Shown here piece after piece: positions 1-9,522 of a stretch of DNA of 53,935 nt (position 1 is its first letter; every line of letters begins with the position of its first letter). The notes under the pieces were generated by a model that was not told where the DNA came from, did not search any database, and worked only from the letters and a program-made list of their open reading frames with translations. The DNA is from Candidatus Hermodarchaeota archaeon. Its GTDB lineage: Archaea; Asgardarchaeota; Hermodarchaeia; Hermodarchaeales; Hermodarchaeaceae. The position numbers and the translations under genes were made by a program. The stretch spans positions 1 through 53,935 of the forward strand of contig JAEOUH010000067.1 in assembly GCA_016839365.1 (NCBI GenBank), read 5' to 3'.

Positions 1-272
1 CATGAAATCATTCTCCATAATGATGCTTACTGAATTGGTGATTGTTCTTCTTTGTTATGCTGAGTGTAACTTAGGAGTGTTACCGGGTAAAAGCCTTTTA
101 TTCTTGGTTTCACCGAATGAAAGTGGAGGCAAGCATTACTTGCCTGTCCTCGTTGTGATTCCGCTGGCCATGCCAATGAAATGCAACAATGGGCAGAATC
201 GAAACGAAAGTATCCTCACTCTTGTCAACGAATAGCTCCTTATTCGTTGATTAAACCACGATTTGAGTAAGT

Positions 273-1289
273 CTAGCTAACACCAGGAACCTTCGGAAAG
301 GGTGAGCATTCCCAGATATGTGGAACGCCAGCGACGTATCGGGTTAATCGCTCCAATCCTATGCCAAAACCAGCCGAGGGAGGAATCCCCTCTTCCAACA
401 TGTCCAGATACCATCCATATTTTTGCGGCTCCTCGCCTGTTTCGTGCATCCGTTGCAATACTCCCTTATTGGTGTATTCCCGCTCCCCTCCACTTGAGAG
501 TTCACCATACCCCTCAGGTAACACCAAATCCATGGATCGGACGAGTTCAGGATGGTCAGCATCCCGCAGATAATAGAATCCCCGGGATGTGGCGGGATAG
601 TTGGTAATCCAGAAGGGTGTGCTAAATTGATTGGATAGGTGACACTCTGCTTCCCATGGAATTTCTTCAGCGGGGTCTAGCGTAAAGCCGTCGTTTAGGA
701 GGAGTTCAATAGCTTCTGAAAATGTCAATTGTGGTAAGGTTCGAGGTGGTAAATGAAGGGTGCGTCCAAGTGTAGCCAACTGCTCTTTGCATTTCTGACG
801 GACAGTGCGGATGACCTCGAACATCAACGTGTCTCCCAGCGTCATCACATCTTCGCAGGTGCCATGCGCTACTTCCAAATCGAGTTGGTAGAACTCGACC
901 AGGTGTCTTCCTGTGGTGGAGCTGGCTGATGCTTCAAGTCGAAGGTTGGGGGAAAAAGAGTATACGCGGGGGAAACTCGCCACTGTCATCTGTTTATACA
1001 AGATCATACTAGTCATCAGCACATAGGTTTCACCATAGAAAGGCACTTCAATCGTTCCTGCACCTCGGATGCCTGGATCAGTCACTGGACCAATAATTGG
1101 TGCCAAAACTTCCAAGAATCCTTCACTGTCCAAGACTTTTCGAAACACCCGTGAGATCTCATGTTGAATTGTGAGGATGGCTCGGGCTCGTGCGGATCGG
1201 ATGGATCGGTAACGGAACCGAACACCGCGTCCCACGTCTACGGCTACTTCGCTTGAGAGCTGACGATGCGGGATCGATTCCATTACCAT
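273..1289 (-). CDS. asnA: Archaeal asparagine synthetase A (AsnRS-like catalytic core without anticodon-binding domain)
   Basis: Class II aaRS motifs (GFLEV..P, FSPNLRLE...RHLVEFYQLDLE, GFGIGLERL); TDPGIRG and MTSMILYKQ segments; 338 aa, no N-terminal OB fold. Confidence 0.85.
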   Translation of the reverse strand: MVMESIPHRQLSSEVAVDVGRGVRFRYRSIRSARARAILTIQHEISRVFRKVLDSEGFLEVLAPIIGPVTDPGIRGAGTIEVPFYGETYVLMTSMILYKQMTVASFPRVYSFSPNLRLEASASSTTGRHLVEFYQLDLEVAHGTCEDVMTLGDTLMFEVIRTVRQKCKEQLATLGRTLHLPPRTLPQLTFSEAIELLLNDGFTLDPAEEIPWEAECHLSNQFSTPFWITNYPATSRGFYYLRDADHPELVRSMDLVLPEGYGELSSGGEREYTNKGVLQRMHETGEEPQKYGWYLDMLEEGIPPSAGFGIGLERLTRYVAGVPHIWECSPFPKVPGVS

Positions 1290-1396
1290 ACGAACGCACC
1301 CAGCAGTCTTGGGCTAGTCGGCTAATATTAGCTTTTTGCTAATGGCAATGGTAATATGCTAAAATATGATAATAATTATATATGTGATTTGGCAAA

Positions 1397-1849
1397 ATGC
1401 TAATTATGATTGATGATAAGGACCAGCAGATTCTCGGAGAGTTGCGAAAGGATGCAAGTCAATCGGCGCTGAAAATTGCTCGGAAATTACGATTGCCACG
1501 CTCAACGGTTCAGCATCGGATTGATCGGATGAAATCAAGTAAGATCATCTCACGGATCGTAGCAATTCCTGATTATCCACTGATTGGGCTCCCGGTGACA
1601 GCCTTCGTATTAGTCAATTATAATCCAGTGGCTGGAATATCACAACAGGATGTGGCTCATGCGATAGCAAAACTGGATAATGTGGTTGAAGTGCATGTGG
1701 TTGCTGGACAATGGGATATCATTCTGAAGGCAAGGGGCAAGTCGCTTCAGGAAATCGGTGAGCTTGTGGTTAATCAGTTGCGTCAGATCCAAGGAGTTGG
1801 ACAGACTGTAACATCAGGGAGCTTTTTTAAAATCAAAGAAGAGCTGTGA
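1397..1849 (+). CDS. Lrp/AsnC family transcriptional regulator
   Basis: IDDKDQQIL..L..DA HTH start; C-terminal RAM domain with VAGQWDIILK; divergent from asnA. Confidence 0.92.
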   Translation: MLIMIDDKDQQILGELRKDASQSALKIARKLRLPRSTVQHRIDRMKSSKIISRIVAIPDYPLIGLPVTAFVLVNYNPVAGISQQDVAHAIAKLDNVVEVHVVAGQWDIILKARGKSLQEIGELVVNQLRQIQGVGQTVTSGSFFKIKEEL

Positions 1850-1864
1850 AATTATCCAGACAGG

Positions 1865-2356
1865 CTATTTTTGGATGCGCTTGATGAGAGGTCGGAGTTT
1901 CGCATAGTGTTGATTGGTTTCGATATCGTCATACAATGTGTCTTCAAGGGATCGGTTTAGGGCTTCTCGTAGTTGTGCTTCGGCTTCTTTTTCTTTACCA
2001 AGTTCAATGAGGGCCCAGGCATGGTTGAGGAAAATCGTTGGTGTGGGATCAGGGAGAGTGGCTGCTTTTGCGTAACAACGTTCGCCTTTATTCCAGTTAC
2101 CTTGGAGTAAATAGAGGTATCCAAGGTTGTTCCAGCCTTGGAGATTTTCAGGATCGAACTCGGTGGCTTTAGTCGCCGCCTGAATGGCCTTGTCGAGGTG
2201 TTTTTTGTGCTGGTAGATATTCGCTAGCAAGCTCCAACCATCTGTATTTTTGGGCTCAAGTTCCAGGAGCTCTTTTGTGAGTTTTTCAGCTCGGTCATAA
2301 TCTTCATCACTTAAAGCAATAACTGCGCGTTGAAACAGATCGCTTGCGTCTCCCAT
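1865..2356 (-). CDS. TPR-repeat protein
   Basis: Repeated TPR patterns (ELEPKNTDGWSLLANIY; FDPENLQGWNNLGYLY). Confidence 0.85.
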   Translation of the reverse strand: MGDASDLFQRAVIALSDEDYDRAEKLTKELLELEPKNTDGWSLLANIYQHKKHLDKAIQAATKATEFDPENLQGWNNLGYLYLLQGNWNKGERCYAKAATLPDPTPTIFLNHAWALIELGKEKEAEAQLREALNRSLEDTLYDDIETNQHYAKLRPLIKRIQK

Positions 2357-2449
2357 TAGTCTGCACCTTTGTATGCTTTCACGTGTATCTTCCTCTTAAA
2401 TGCCCCTTTACAAATGTAATTAATCTCAGTAGATGCAAGCGAATTAGAA

Positions 2450-2839
2450 TTACTCTGATGACTTCTCCCTGTCGTCGGAGGTGTCGAGTCCCATTCTCTT
2501 GCGATATTGTTCGTATTGAGCTTGATCCATTCGTTCGAAGCGTTTTCGAAATTCACGTTTGAGAAAAGATTGCATGACAAAATAGGTTAGACCTACCGCA
2601 AACCCAACACCAACACTCACGTAGATTATGATAATGGTGAATAATTGCAGGGCAAGGGAAATGGTATAGAGCCCCCACAATTGAAAGAGGTAACTCAATC
2701 CAAAAAGGATGACAACAAGAATGATTAGCCCAACCAAGACCAAGATAAGGTCTCGGATGCGTGAACGACGTGGGTAATCATCACCTTCGTCCCGTGGAAT
2801 GCGTCTAGGTGGACGATAATATCGGACAGCAGTGGGCAT
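2450..2839 (-). CDS. Hypothetical 2-TM membrane protein
   Basis: Two hydrophobic helices between a basic N-terminus and a charged C-terminus. Confidence 0.7.
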   Translation of the reverse strand: MPTAVRYYRPPRRIPRDEGDDYPRRSRIRDLILVLVGLIILVVILFGLSYLFQLWGLYTISLALQLFTIIIIYVSVGVGFAVGLTYFVMQSFLKREFRKRFERMDQAQYEQYRKRMGLDTSDDREKSSE

Positions 2840-3014
2840 GGATTATTCACCGATTCATCAATTCACTCGCATTGTGAGCTGTTAAATTTATTTGGGTAAC
2901 GGATTTGTAAGCTTTCTTCCAAAAGCCTAGTATATGAGTTGTTTTTTATACACGAAAGCCTTTTCAGAGGAGGCAATACAAGAGTTGTCACCTCGTTATG
3001 GAGGATGTTAAACT

Positions 3015-3362
3015 TTGGCTTATGAACAATATGTCCGACTACTGAGCTTTTGGGGCGCAATCATCGCCATAATCTTAGCAATTGTTTCAATTCTCTTCCA
3101 AGGCGTAACTATTATGCTAGCGGGAATATGGGCGGTCTTTGTACTTCCAAGTGCGATGCTGTACATAGCGTTAGATATCGTTGCACTAATTGCTGCTTTT
3201 TTGGTTTGGCGAAGATATGTGCCTATGCTTGAAACTGCTTACCATGCAACCTGGATCCCTCTCATTATCTTAGGTATCCTTTCTTGGGCTGCCGTTGGAG
3301 GTATCCTTATTTTCATTGCTGGAATCCTTGTGGTTCTGGACAAAGAAAATGTAAAAGCATGA
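3015..3362 (+). CDS. Small multi-pass membrane protein
   Basis: About 4 TM segments; GGAGG SD upstream; followed by terminator-like hairpin. Confidence 0.7.
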   Translation: MAYEQYVRLLSFWGAIIAIILAIVSILFQGVTIMLAGIWAVFVLPSAMLYIALDIVALIAAFLVWRRYVPMLETAYHATWIPLIILGILSWAAVGGILIFIAGILVVLDKENVKA

Positions 3363-3384
3363 TATCCAGCGGACGCGAATAATC

Positions 3385-3428
3385 GAGGAACTAGCGGTCT
3401 ATTCGCTAGTGTCCTCTTCTTTTTTCTT
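3385..3428 (+). terminator. Hairpin plus T-tract
   Basis: GAGGAACTAGCG pairs with CGCTAGTGTCCTC, followed by TTCTTTTTTCTT. Confidence 0.55.
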
Positions 3429-3481
3429 CGTAAACTCTATTAACCAAGTCCTAGCGATTAGATGTAGATAATATCAGGTGT

Positions 3482-3841
3482 GTGATATCGATGGAATTGA
3501 TTGAAGCCGCGGAATATCTTGTTCGTGTTGGCGCAATCCTGGGATTGGTGTTGGGTCTTCTTTCAAGTTTATATTGGGGCTTTATTGTGTTGCTTGGTTT
3601 TGCTCCACCTTATCTTGCAGTGAACGTCTATGAGATATTGATGCTGATTGTCAGCATCTTGGCACTAGGGTTCTGCTATACTATTCTAAGTCGATTTCTT
3701 CAATGGCTTCAAGCAGATCCCATGCGTGCGGCTTTGTATTTGATAGGCTTGGGTATTATCGTAGCCATTGGTGCGTGGGGGATCGCAGGATTACTTATTG
3801 TGATCGGGGCGGTCCTCATTCTTATTGATGAAACAAGCTAA
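3482..3841 (+). CDS. Small multi-pass membrane protein, probable paralog of 3015-3362
   Basis: Similar size and pattern (GAI...L; GGILIFIAGILVVLD vs AGLLIVIGAVLILID); AGGTG SD. Confidence 0.7.
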   Translation: MISMELIEAAEYLVRVGAILGLVLGLLSSLYWGFIVLLGFAPPYLAVNVYEILMLIVSILALGFCYTILSRFLQWLQADPMRAALYLIGLGIIVAIGAWGIAGLLIVIGAVLILIDETS

Positions 3842-3861
3842 TCGTGATTGCTACCTTATTG

Positions 3862-4950
3862 CTAAATCGTGAGCTTTTCGTCCATGATAACAGCTGTGGG
3901 TCCAATGCTCACAATGGCATCGTTGAGTGTATGACTATATGCAACATTGCTGTGGCTACTCCCCCCCAAGAATGTATTCGCTCCCAATCCCAGTGTGATT
4001 GAACCTGGAATCAAATCGTCGAGGGGCTGTCCAAGGTTGGTTGTGGCTTTCTCATTAATGCCAAAGGTTAAGCGGGTGAGTTGGTCCTTTGTTCCCTTTC
4101 CGGACTGTAGTGCTCCTTCGATGGTCTTTTCACCTTTTAAGGCACGGGTGCCAACAACTTGCCCCTTTTTAAAATCCAATCGAAGATTTTCAATGGTGTC
4201 TCCAAGGTACGCACGAGGCCACTTGAAAACCACAGTGCCTTCAGCACTCGAAGGTTCAACGGGAATGGAGATGGACCCTGCCGGCATCTGTGCTAAGACG
4301 TTTCTGGTTTGCACATCACCTTGATCAATAATACCATCATCGATGAATGAGCGACCACGAGTCCGGAATCGTAGGTCTGTTCCTTCACTCGAACTGAGAT
4401 GAATTTCTCTGTGCTTACTGAGAAGTGTTTTGATACGGTTTCCCAAATTGATTATGGCTGACTGTGTTGCTGACATACAATGGTTATTTTCTTGGATAAG
4501 GGCTGAATGCGAAAGCCCATAGGCTTTAGCTGCTGCTTCTGTGAATGCAGTTGATCGAACAAATAGAGTGCGTACTCGATTAGACACTGCTGTGCTGAGA
4601 AGCTGGATGAGTTGCCCAGTAGCATAGAGCGCTTTTCCTTTATCTGCAGCTTTGAAGGGGGCCGGATCGTTGGGACCATCTAATACGACCAACACATCAG
4701 ACTTTCCCACTCCCTCTAACCAATGAGCAGGTGTTGTAGTTATGGCTTCCTGTGGAGCTTTCTTCAGAATATGCGAAAGCAAAGTTTCAGTCATTAAAGT
4801 GAGAGTTACTGAGGCCCCGTGTAATTGTGCTTGCTGCGCCACTTCCTCCGCTAAATCCAAAGTGTGATCCCAAGTATGAATCCATACTCTTTCTTGATCA
4901 CGGACTCGCAAAGCATCTCGGATAATTTGACGAGCTAAAGCCATTGTCAT
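3862..4950 (-). CDS. M29 (aminopeptidase T/thermophilic metalloprotease)-like protein, probably catalytically inactive
   Basis: GTDLRF, DDG, MPAG, FGIN and LGLGAN segments match the M29 layout but lack metal ligands; start moved to ATG 4950 (MTMALARQII). Confidence 0.75.
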   Translation of the reverse strand: MTMALARQIIRDALRVRDQERVWIHTWDHTLDLAEEVAQQAQLHGASVTLTLMTETLLSHILKKAPQEAITTTPAHWLEGVGKSDVLVVLDGPNDPAPFKAADKGKALYATGQLIQLLSTAVSNRVRTLFVRSTAFTEAAAKAYGLSHSALIQENNHCMSATQSAIINLGNRIKTLLSKHREIHLSSSEGTDLRFRTRGRSFIDDGIIDQGDVQTRNVLAQMPAGSISIPVEPSSAEGTVVFKWPRAYLGDTIENLRLDFKKGQVVGTRALKGEKTIEGALQSGKGTKDQLTRLTFGINEKATTNLGQPLDDLIPGSITLGLGANTFLGGSSHSNVAYSHTLNDAIVSIGPTAVIMDEKLTI

Positions 4951-5125
4951 CTGAATACACCTTTTGGCATCAATCGATACCATCCTTTGAAACCTGTACT
5001 TTATAACCTCTTGCCCAACGAAATGAATGGTTCTCCAGCAACTCCCAAAGGGAATATCAGTTAGCACCCCCCCTCTCAGTCTATTTAAGTCACCCTCTGA
5101 TTAGAGGGGTTGCTGGTGAACAATC

Positions 5126-5233
5126 ATGACCAGTAACCCTCCACGGGACCCCCAACGCCCCTATTTGCATCCCCGCAAATGGCGAATAACCTATCTACCA
5201 GATGACGACACCGTCATCAATTGCGACAACTAA
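5126..5233 (+). CDS. Candidate 35-aa small ORF (MTSNPPRDPQRPYLHPRKWRITYLPDDDTVINCDN)
   Basis: TATTTAAG at 5082-5089; GGTGA SD-like sequence 6 nt before ATG; below the ORF-track cutoff. Confidence 0.35.
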   Translation: MTSNPPRDPQRPYLHPRKWRITYLPDDDTVINCDN

Positions 5234-5351
5234 CCACGTACTCAAGAACCTATTACATCACGGGGGCTCATGGAAGAGAGGGGAGCCAGGGGAACCACTC
5301 GCTTGAACCGGAACAAATAAAAAGCGACCAAAACACGCGGCAAATGCAGAG

Positions 5352-6041
5352 GTGACGCCCATGCGGGCACAACATCTGCACACCTATCTGTTGTTTGTCC
5401 TTTTGCTTTTCACGATCTTTACTCTATCTACCGTTGAAGCCTTTGAGGGCTATTGGATTGCAACGGGGCAAGACTACATTGGCTACTTTGAACCCCTCCC
5501 TGGTAACAGCCAATGGACTTTCAATGCCTCTCGTGGACCTACAGAACGGTGGGGCATCAACTTCACCATCAGCGGGTTCGGCTTACATCCCACCACACTT
5601 CTGGTATGCGACCAAATCCAATACAACCACTGGCTGGATACAGGCACGTCCAGCCACTGCCATTACTCCACTACCGTCAACTACAGCCTCCACATCATCG
5701 TCGACCTTCCCCAACAGGGTCAGTGGTATCTAGTTGTAAACAACACTGGGCCAATCTTTCTCTTCTTTTCTCTTCGCCTCACTCGCTACCAATGGACCAA
5801 TGACTTCCCTTCAACGCCCACTAACCCTGTTGAATCACTCAGTAACCTCTTTGTAGACATTCTAGTTATTGGTGTCATTGTCCTCATCGTTATTCCCTGT
5901 ATCTGCAAGGTGAACTGTTTGAGTTTCAGCCGACGCCGCTCCAAAAAGCAAGTCCATTCCAAGAAAGTTAATCATCAAACCACCATCTTGGTCGTTACAC
6001 CCAAGCAGCTCGAGACGTTTAACGACGACGAAGATCCCTGA
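5352..6041 (+). CDS. Type I membrane protein with extracellular beta-sandwich (GOLD/p24-like)
   Basis: Signal peptide, beta-rich domain ending LPQQGQWYLVVNN, Pro/Thr linker, TM helix, Cys plus basic cytoplasmic tail. Confidence 0.6.
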   Translation: MTPMRAQHLHTYLLFVLLLFTIFTLSTVEAFEGYWIATGQDYIGYFEPLPGNSQWTFNASRGPTERWGINFTISGFGLHPTTLLVCDQIQYNHWLDTGTSSHCHYSTTVNYSLHIIVDLPQQGQWYLVVNNTGPIFLFFSLRLTRYQWTNDFPSTPTNPVESLSNLFVDILVIGVIVLIVIPCICKVNCLSFSRRRSKKQVHSKKVNHQTTILVVTPKQLETFNDDEDP

Positions 6042-6169
6042 CTACGCTCAATACTAAGTGTTTCTATTTACTTACGAAGTAAAATGCAAGGACCACCAAT
6101 CGAGTTAAAAGCCAACATAGAAAATAAATACCTAGGCACCTTACTGACCCTCTACAGGAGATACTGTCT

Positions 6170-7252
6170 ATGAGTAAAGCGACCTACATCTTCAAAGTCC
6201 CCGTTGCCGGCGACGGCGCTGTGGGCAAAACTAGCCTTATCGTCCGGTACACACAGGGAACCTTCACCGACACGTACAAAATGACCATCGGTACGTCTTT
6301 TGCTGTCAAGACTGTTGATTTAGGGAATGTGATTGTCAAGCTGCAAATTTGGGACTTAGCGGGTCAACCTCATTTTGGAGGAGTGCGCCCCTTATTTTAT
6401 CAGGGCTCGACCGGTGTCATCTACGTGTTTAGTGTGATTGACCGGGCGTCCTTTGATCACCTTGTTGGTTGGCTGGAGGAGACACGGAAGAATGCGGGGA
6501 ATATTCCAGGCATTCTGATAGGGAATAAGACGGATTTACTGGATCAGCGTGTTGTGTCGCGGGAGGAAGCAGAGTCCTTTGCGACGCAGGCAGGATTGCG
6601 GTATGTTGAGACGAGTGCAAAGATGGATGAGAATGTAGGAGACTCATTTATTATGATGGCGAAAACGATTATTGGGTCCAAGTGGCCGGACCAGGTGGAA
6701 GAGGAGGCTGAACCAACACCCGCTGAGCCTGAAACTCCTCCATTGGTTGCTGAATCGGCATCGGATGAAGAGTCGACTTTAGACCCTGAGGATATTAGGG
6801 CGATTGCAGCTGCGAATGCAGGCGATGTAGTATTTGAAGAGCCGAAACCTGTGGCTCCTGAGCCGAACGTTGAGCCAATTCCCAAGCCGGTGGTTGAGGT
6901 AACTACCGAACCCGAACGGGAGCCCATTGTTGAACCTGAAGTGGTTGTTCCAGTGGAGCCTCCACCAGTAATCACACCTGATCCTACTCCAATTCAGCCA
7001 CCAAGTGCACCACAACCAGTTCATGAGGATGTTGTGGTAGAGGTTAAGAAGGAATCAAGTTTGGTGGAGTTCATTGGTGTTGACCCGCAGGATCTCTCAT
7101 CAGATGATTTTGAGAAACGGACAATTCATGCTATGCAACGGCTTGGTGTCAGTGAAGTCGGTGTGTTGGGAACATTTCTACGAAGCCTCATCCGACAGGG
7201 TCAACGTGATGTTGTGATTGAGAGCCTGGAGAGCTTGCAAGAAGAACGCTAG
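6170..7252 (+). CDS. Rab/Ras-like small GTPase with long Pro/Glu-rich C-terminal extension
   Basis: G1 GDGAVGKT, G2 TIG, G3 WDLAGQ, G4 GNKTD, G5 ETSAK; CAGGAG SD. Confidence 0.92.
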   Translation: MSKATYIFKVPVAGDGAVGKTSLIVRYTQGTFTDTYKMTIGTSFAVKTVDLGNVIVKLQIWDLAGQPHFGGVRPLFYQGSTGVIYVFSVIDRASFDHLVGWLEETRKNAGNIPGILIGNKTDLLDQRVVSREEAESFATQAGLRYVETSAKMDENVGDSFIMMAKTIIGSKWPDQVEEEAEPTPAEPETPPLVAESASDEESTLDPEDIRAIAAANAGDVVFEEPKPVAPEPNVEPIPKPVVEVTTEPEREPIVEPEVVVPVEPPPVITPDPTPIQPPSAPQPVHEDVVVEVKKESSLVEFIGVDPQDLSSDDFEKRTIHAMQRLGVSEVGVLGTFLRSLIRQGQRDVVIESLESLQEER

Positions 7253-7258
7253 CCTGTC

Positions 7259-7687
7259 TCATCGGCCTTGTTGCCGCGCGGCCATCCATGCGATAAAGAG
7301 CACTTGAGCAACGATAATCATAATGGGATATGTAACAGGATCCCAATATCCAGAATCCGCAGTGACCAAAATGAGTCCGACTTCATCCACGGCTAGTCCC
7401 AATCCTAAACCTAAGAAAAAAGCTCCAAAGACTTTGGCTCGTCGGCTTTCCCAATATAAGGCTATGAAGCCCCCCATTGTCATAAGAATCAATCCCCACA
7501 AAATATGATGATAGTGATAGATGCCCGTTTCAATGCTTATGCCGGGAGCGATGATGACAGTGATGAAGCGGGAGGTAATGATACTGATTGCGTACCAGAT
7601 GAGGACGATACCGGTAATTTGGGCGATAGAAGCGGTTTTAATTCGTTCGCTGACGGTCTTCTTACTACTCATCATATCGACTTCCAT
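7259..7687 (-). CDS. Membrane protein with HHxxWG motif
   Basis: 4 TM segments; YHYHHILWGL and GLGLAVDE motifs. Confidence 0.7.
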   Translation of the reverse strand: MEVDMMSSKKTVSERIKTASIAQITGIVLIWYAISIITSRFITVIIAPGISIETGIYHYHHILWGLILMTMGGFIALYWESRRAKVFGAFFLGLGLGLAVDEVGLILVTADSGYWDPVTYPIMIIVAQVLFIAWMAARQQGR

Positions 7688-7823
7688 GGGAACTTGTGGG
7701 CTAGGGTTTGGTGGCTTCTGTGATATAAGCTTAGCCTTACTCTTGTGAAATGCATAGCTGAGGGGGACTGGGCGAAGCTATTTAGGGAAGCAGGCTCGTA
7801 TCTTAGCGCTAGTTGTGTAGGAG

Positions 7824-8228
7824 TTGAAGATGATGCTCTTTCTTTCACCCGCTCAGATTAACGCTGTGATAACATTTGTCGTGAGCTTAATAGTAGCCAC
7901 GATTGCCTTCTTCGCAGCAGGTCGACTACTGTCTGGTGTTAATGCCAAGTTCACGGATGCGATTTTTGTTGCACTGCTCGGGTTGTTACTGAAGCTTGGA
8001 ATTGATTGGGCCATCAGCTATGTTCTTGTTCCCGGCCTGAATGAGATTGTCATCTTTGCCTGGAGTGTGGTAGGCCTGTTAGCCACCTTTATTATCTGGA
8101 TGATTTTGGTGCAGCATTTCTTCGATACGATGTTCGTCCGTGGTTTGACAATCGTAGTTATTGCAATAATCCTTATCTTCGTAATTGACTTTGGCATCAA
8201 CTACGTTTTTCTCATTTTCTTCCCTTAG
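7824..8228 (+). CDS. Hypothetical 4-TM membrane protein
   Basis: Strongly hydrophobic ORF with AGGAG SD. Confidence 0.7.
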   Translation: MKMMLFLSPAQINAVITFVVSLIVATIAFFAAGRLLSGVNAKFTDAIFVALLGLLLKLGIDWAISYVLVPGLNEIVIFAWSVVGLLATFIIWMILVQHFFDTMFVRGLTIVVIAIILIFVIDFGINYVFLIFFP

Positions 8229-8243
8229 GTCTCTGAACGCATT

Positions 8244-8477
8244 CTAGCGTTTGTAGGTCAACACTTGGTCAGATGCATCCTTTCGAATATACCGTCCTGT
8301 ACAAAAGGAAAGAAGAATAAAGATGACTAAGAGGACTGCGAAGCCCAAGGCAAAGGGAAGTACCACCGGATTCACCAAGACTAATATCCAAGTGATTAAG
8401 AGTGCAATGAAAAGTAATAATAGTGGACACAGGATATCGATTCTTCGCATTACCATCACTTCGATTAGACTTCTCAC
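8244..8477 (-). CDS. Small 2-TM membrane protein
   Basis: Hydrophobic hairpin with polar tail; start uncertain. Confidence 0.5.
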   Translation of the reverse strand: MRSLIEVMVMRRIDILCPLLLLFIALLITWILVLVNPVVLPFALGFAVLLVIFILLSFCTGRYIRKDASDQVLTYKR

Positions 8478-8572
8478 TCATTTAATGCTTTGGCTAAAAT
8501 CTTGTTGGATTTTTGTAATTCATAGACGTATAATTAAAAGGTGAAACCTGCATAGATGAGACAATTTGCCAC

Positions 8573-9301
8573 ATGCTATGTGTTGTGAATGGAAGTGGAA
8601 TAAGGTTGACGAAACAGCTGACCATGCCAGTCTATAAGCCTTGGTTTCAAGGACCACTTCGCTATACGGATTCGGAAATGATTCAGGTAATATTCCAACC
8701 AACAAAAGAATGCTATGAACGAATCCTCCCCAAACCCCTTAAGCCCGGGTTGTTAGGGGGTGCTTATCTTGCTCAGTTCCGCAATTCCCCCTGGGGGGAT
8801 CTTTGGGAATCAGCTATAGTGGTCCAATGTCTATATGAAGCATATTTCGGTGTCTACTGTGTCACCATGCACACAGATAATATAGTTTCGATGACCGCTC
8901 ATCGAGAAATCTGGGGCTTCCCTTCCAAACCTGGCAAGTTCAAATATACTCGAAAGGAGAATCGAATTAAAGCCCAAGTTCTCAGCAACAAGGTTCCTAT
9001 CATGAAGTTTGATATCAACCTTGAAGGGCCTGGAGAATGGATAGACACGGGGGATACCATTAATCTCAAAATTATTCCAAGTGTTGACGGTGAATCCTAC
9101 GACGTCCACCATATCACTGCAGCCAAATTAGATTTTGTTATTCATGAAGGACAAGCTGGGAATGGAAAACTTGCCCTGCAGAACACAGAAGATGACCCAT
9201 TGGCAGATCTGTTTGAATTCGAAAGCATAGTTGCTGGAACTTGGTTCCGAGTTGATCTCACGACCAATTTAGGCAAAACTATCGCCAAAGCAGAATTGTA
9301 A
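8573..9301 (+). CDS. Acetoacetate decarboxylase family protein
   Basis: REIWGFPSK motif with Schiff-base Lys; LPKPLKP and INLKIIPSVDG; true start probably TTG 8606 or later. Confidence 0.8.
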   Translation: MLCVVNGSGIRLTKQLTMPVYKPWFQGPLRYTDSEMIQVIFQPTKECYERILPKPLKPGLLGGAYLAQFRNSPWGDLWESAIVVQCLYEAYFGVYCVTMHTDNIVSMTAHREIWGFPSKPGKFKYTRKENRIKAQVLSNKVPIMKFDINLEGPGEWIDTGDTINLKIIPSVDGESYDVHHITAAKLDFVIHEGQAGNGKLALQNTEDDPLADLFEFESIVAGTWFRVDLTTNLGKTIAKAEL

Positions 9302-9522
9302 TTTCATAGCCTTCGCCTTGGTTTCACTTCACTTAACCTCCTGAAAACCTTGGAAGTTATATGTCAGAGTACAATATACTCTCTGGTTCGGCTAGAGTTT
9401 AGCCATAGCTATCTGAGCACTCAGAAATGCCATCGAAGGACCTGAAGGCATTTAAGTAGAGATACTGCTTGGGAGCGCCGAATCGAATCAAGACGGTTGA
9501 GTGTTGAAGGGAGGCATATCCT

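Noticed and set aside
2-235. 77-aa plus-strand ORF at the window start
   Set aside because: No recognisable motif; overlaps promoter-like and hairpin sequence; cannot be supported.
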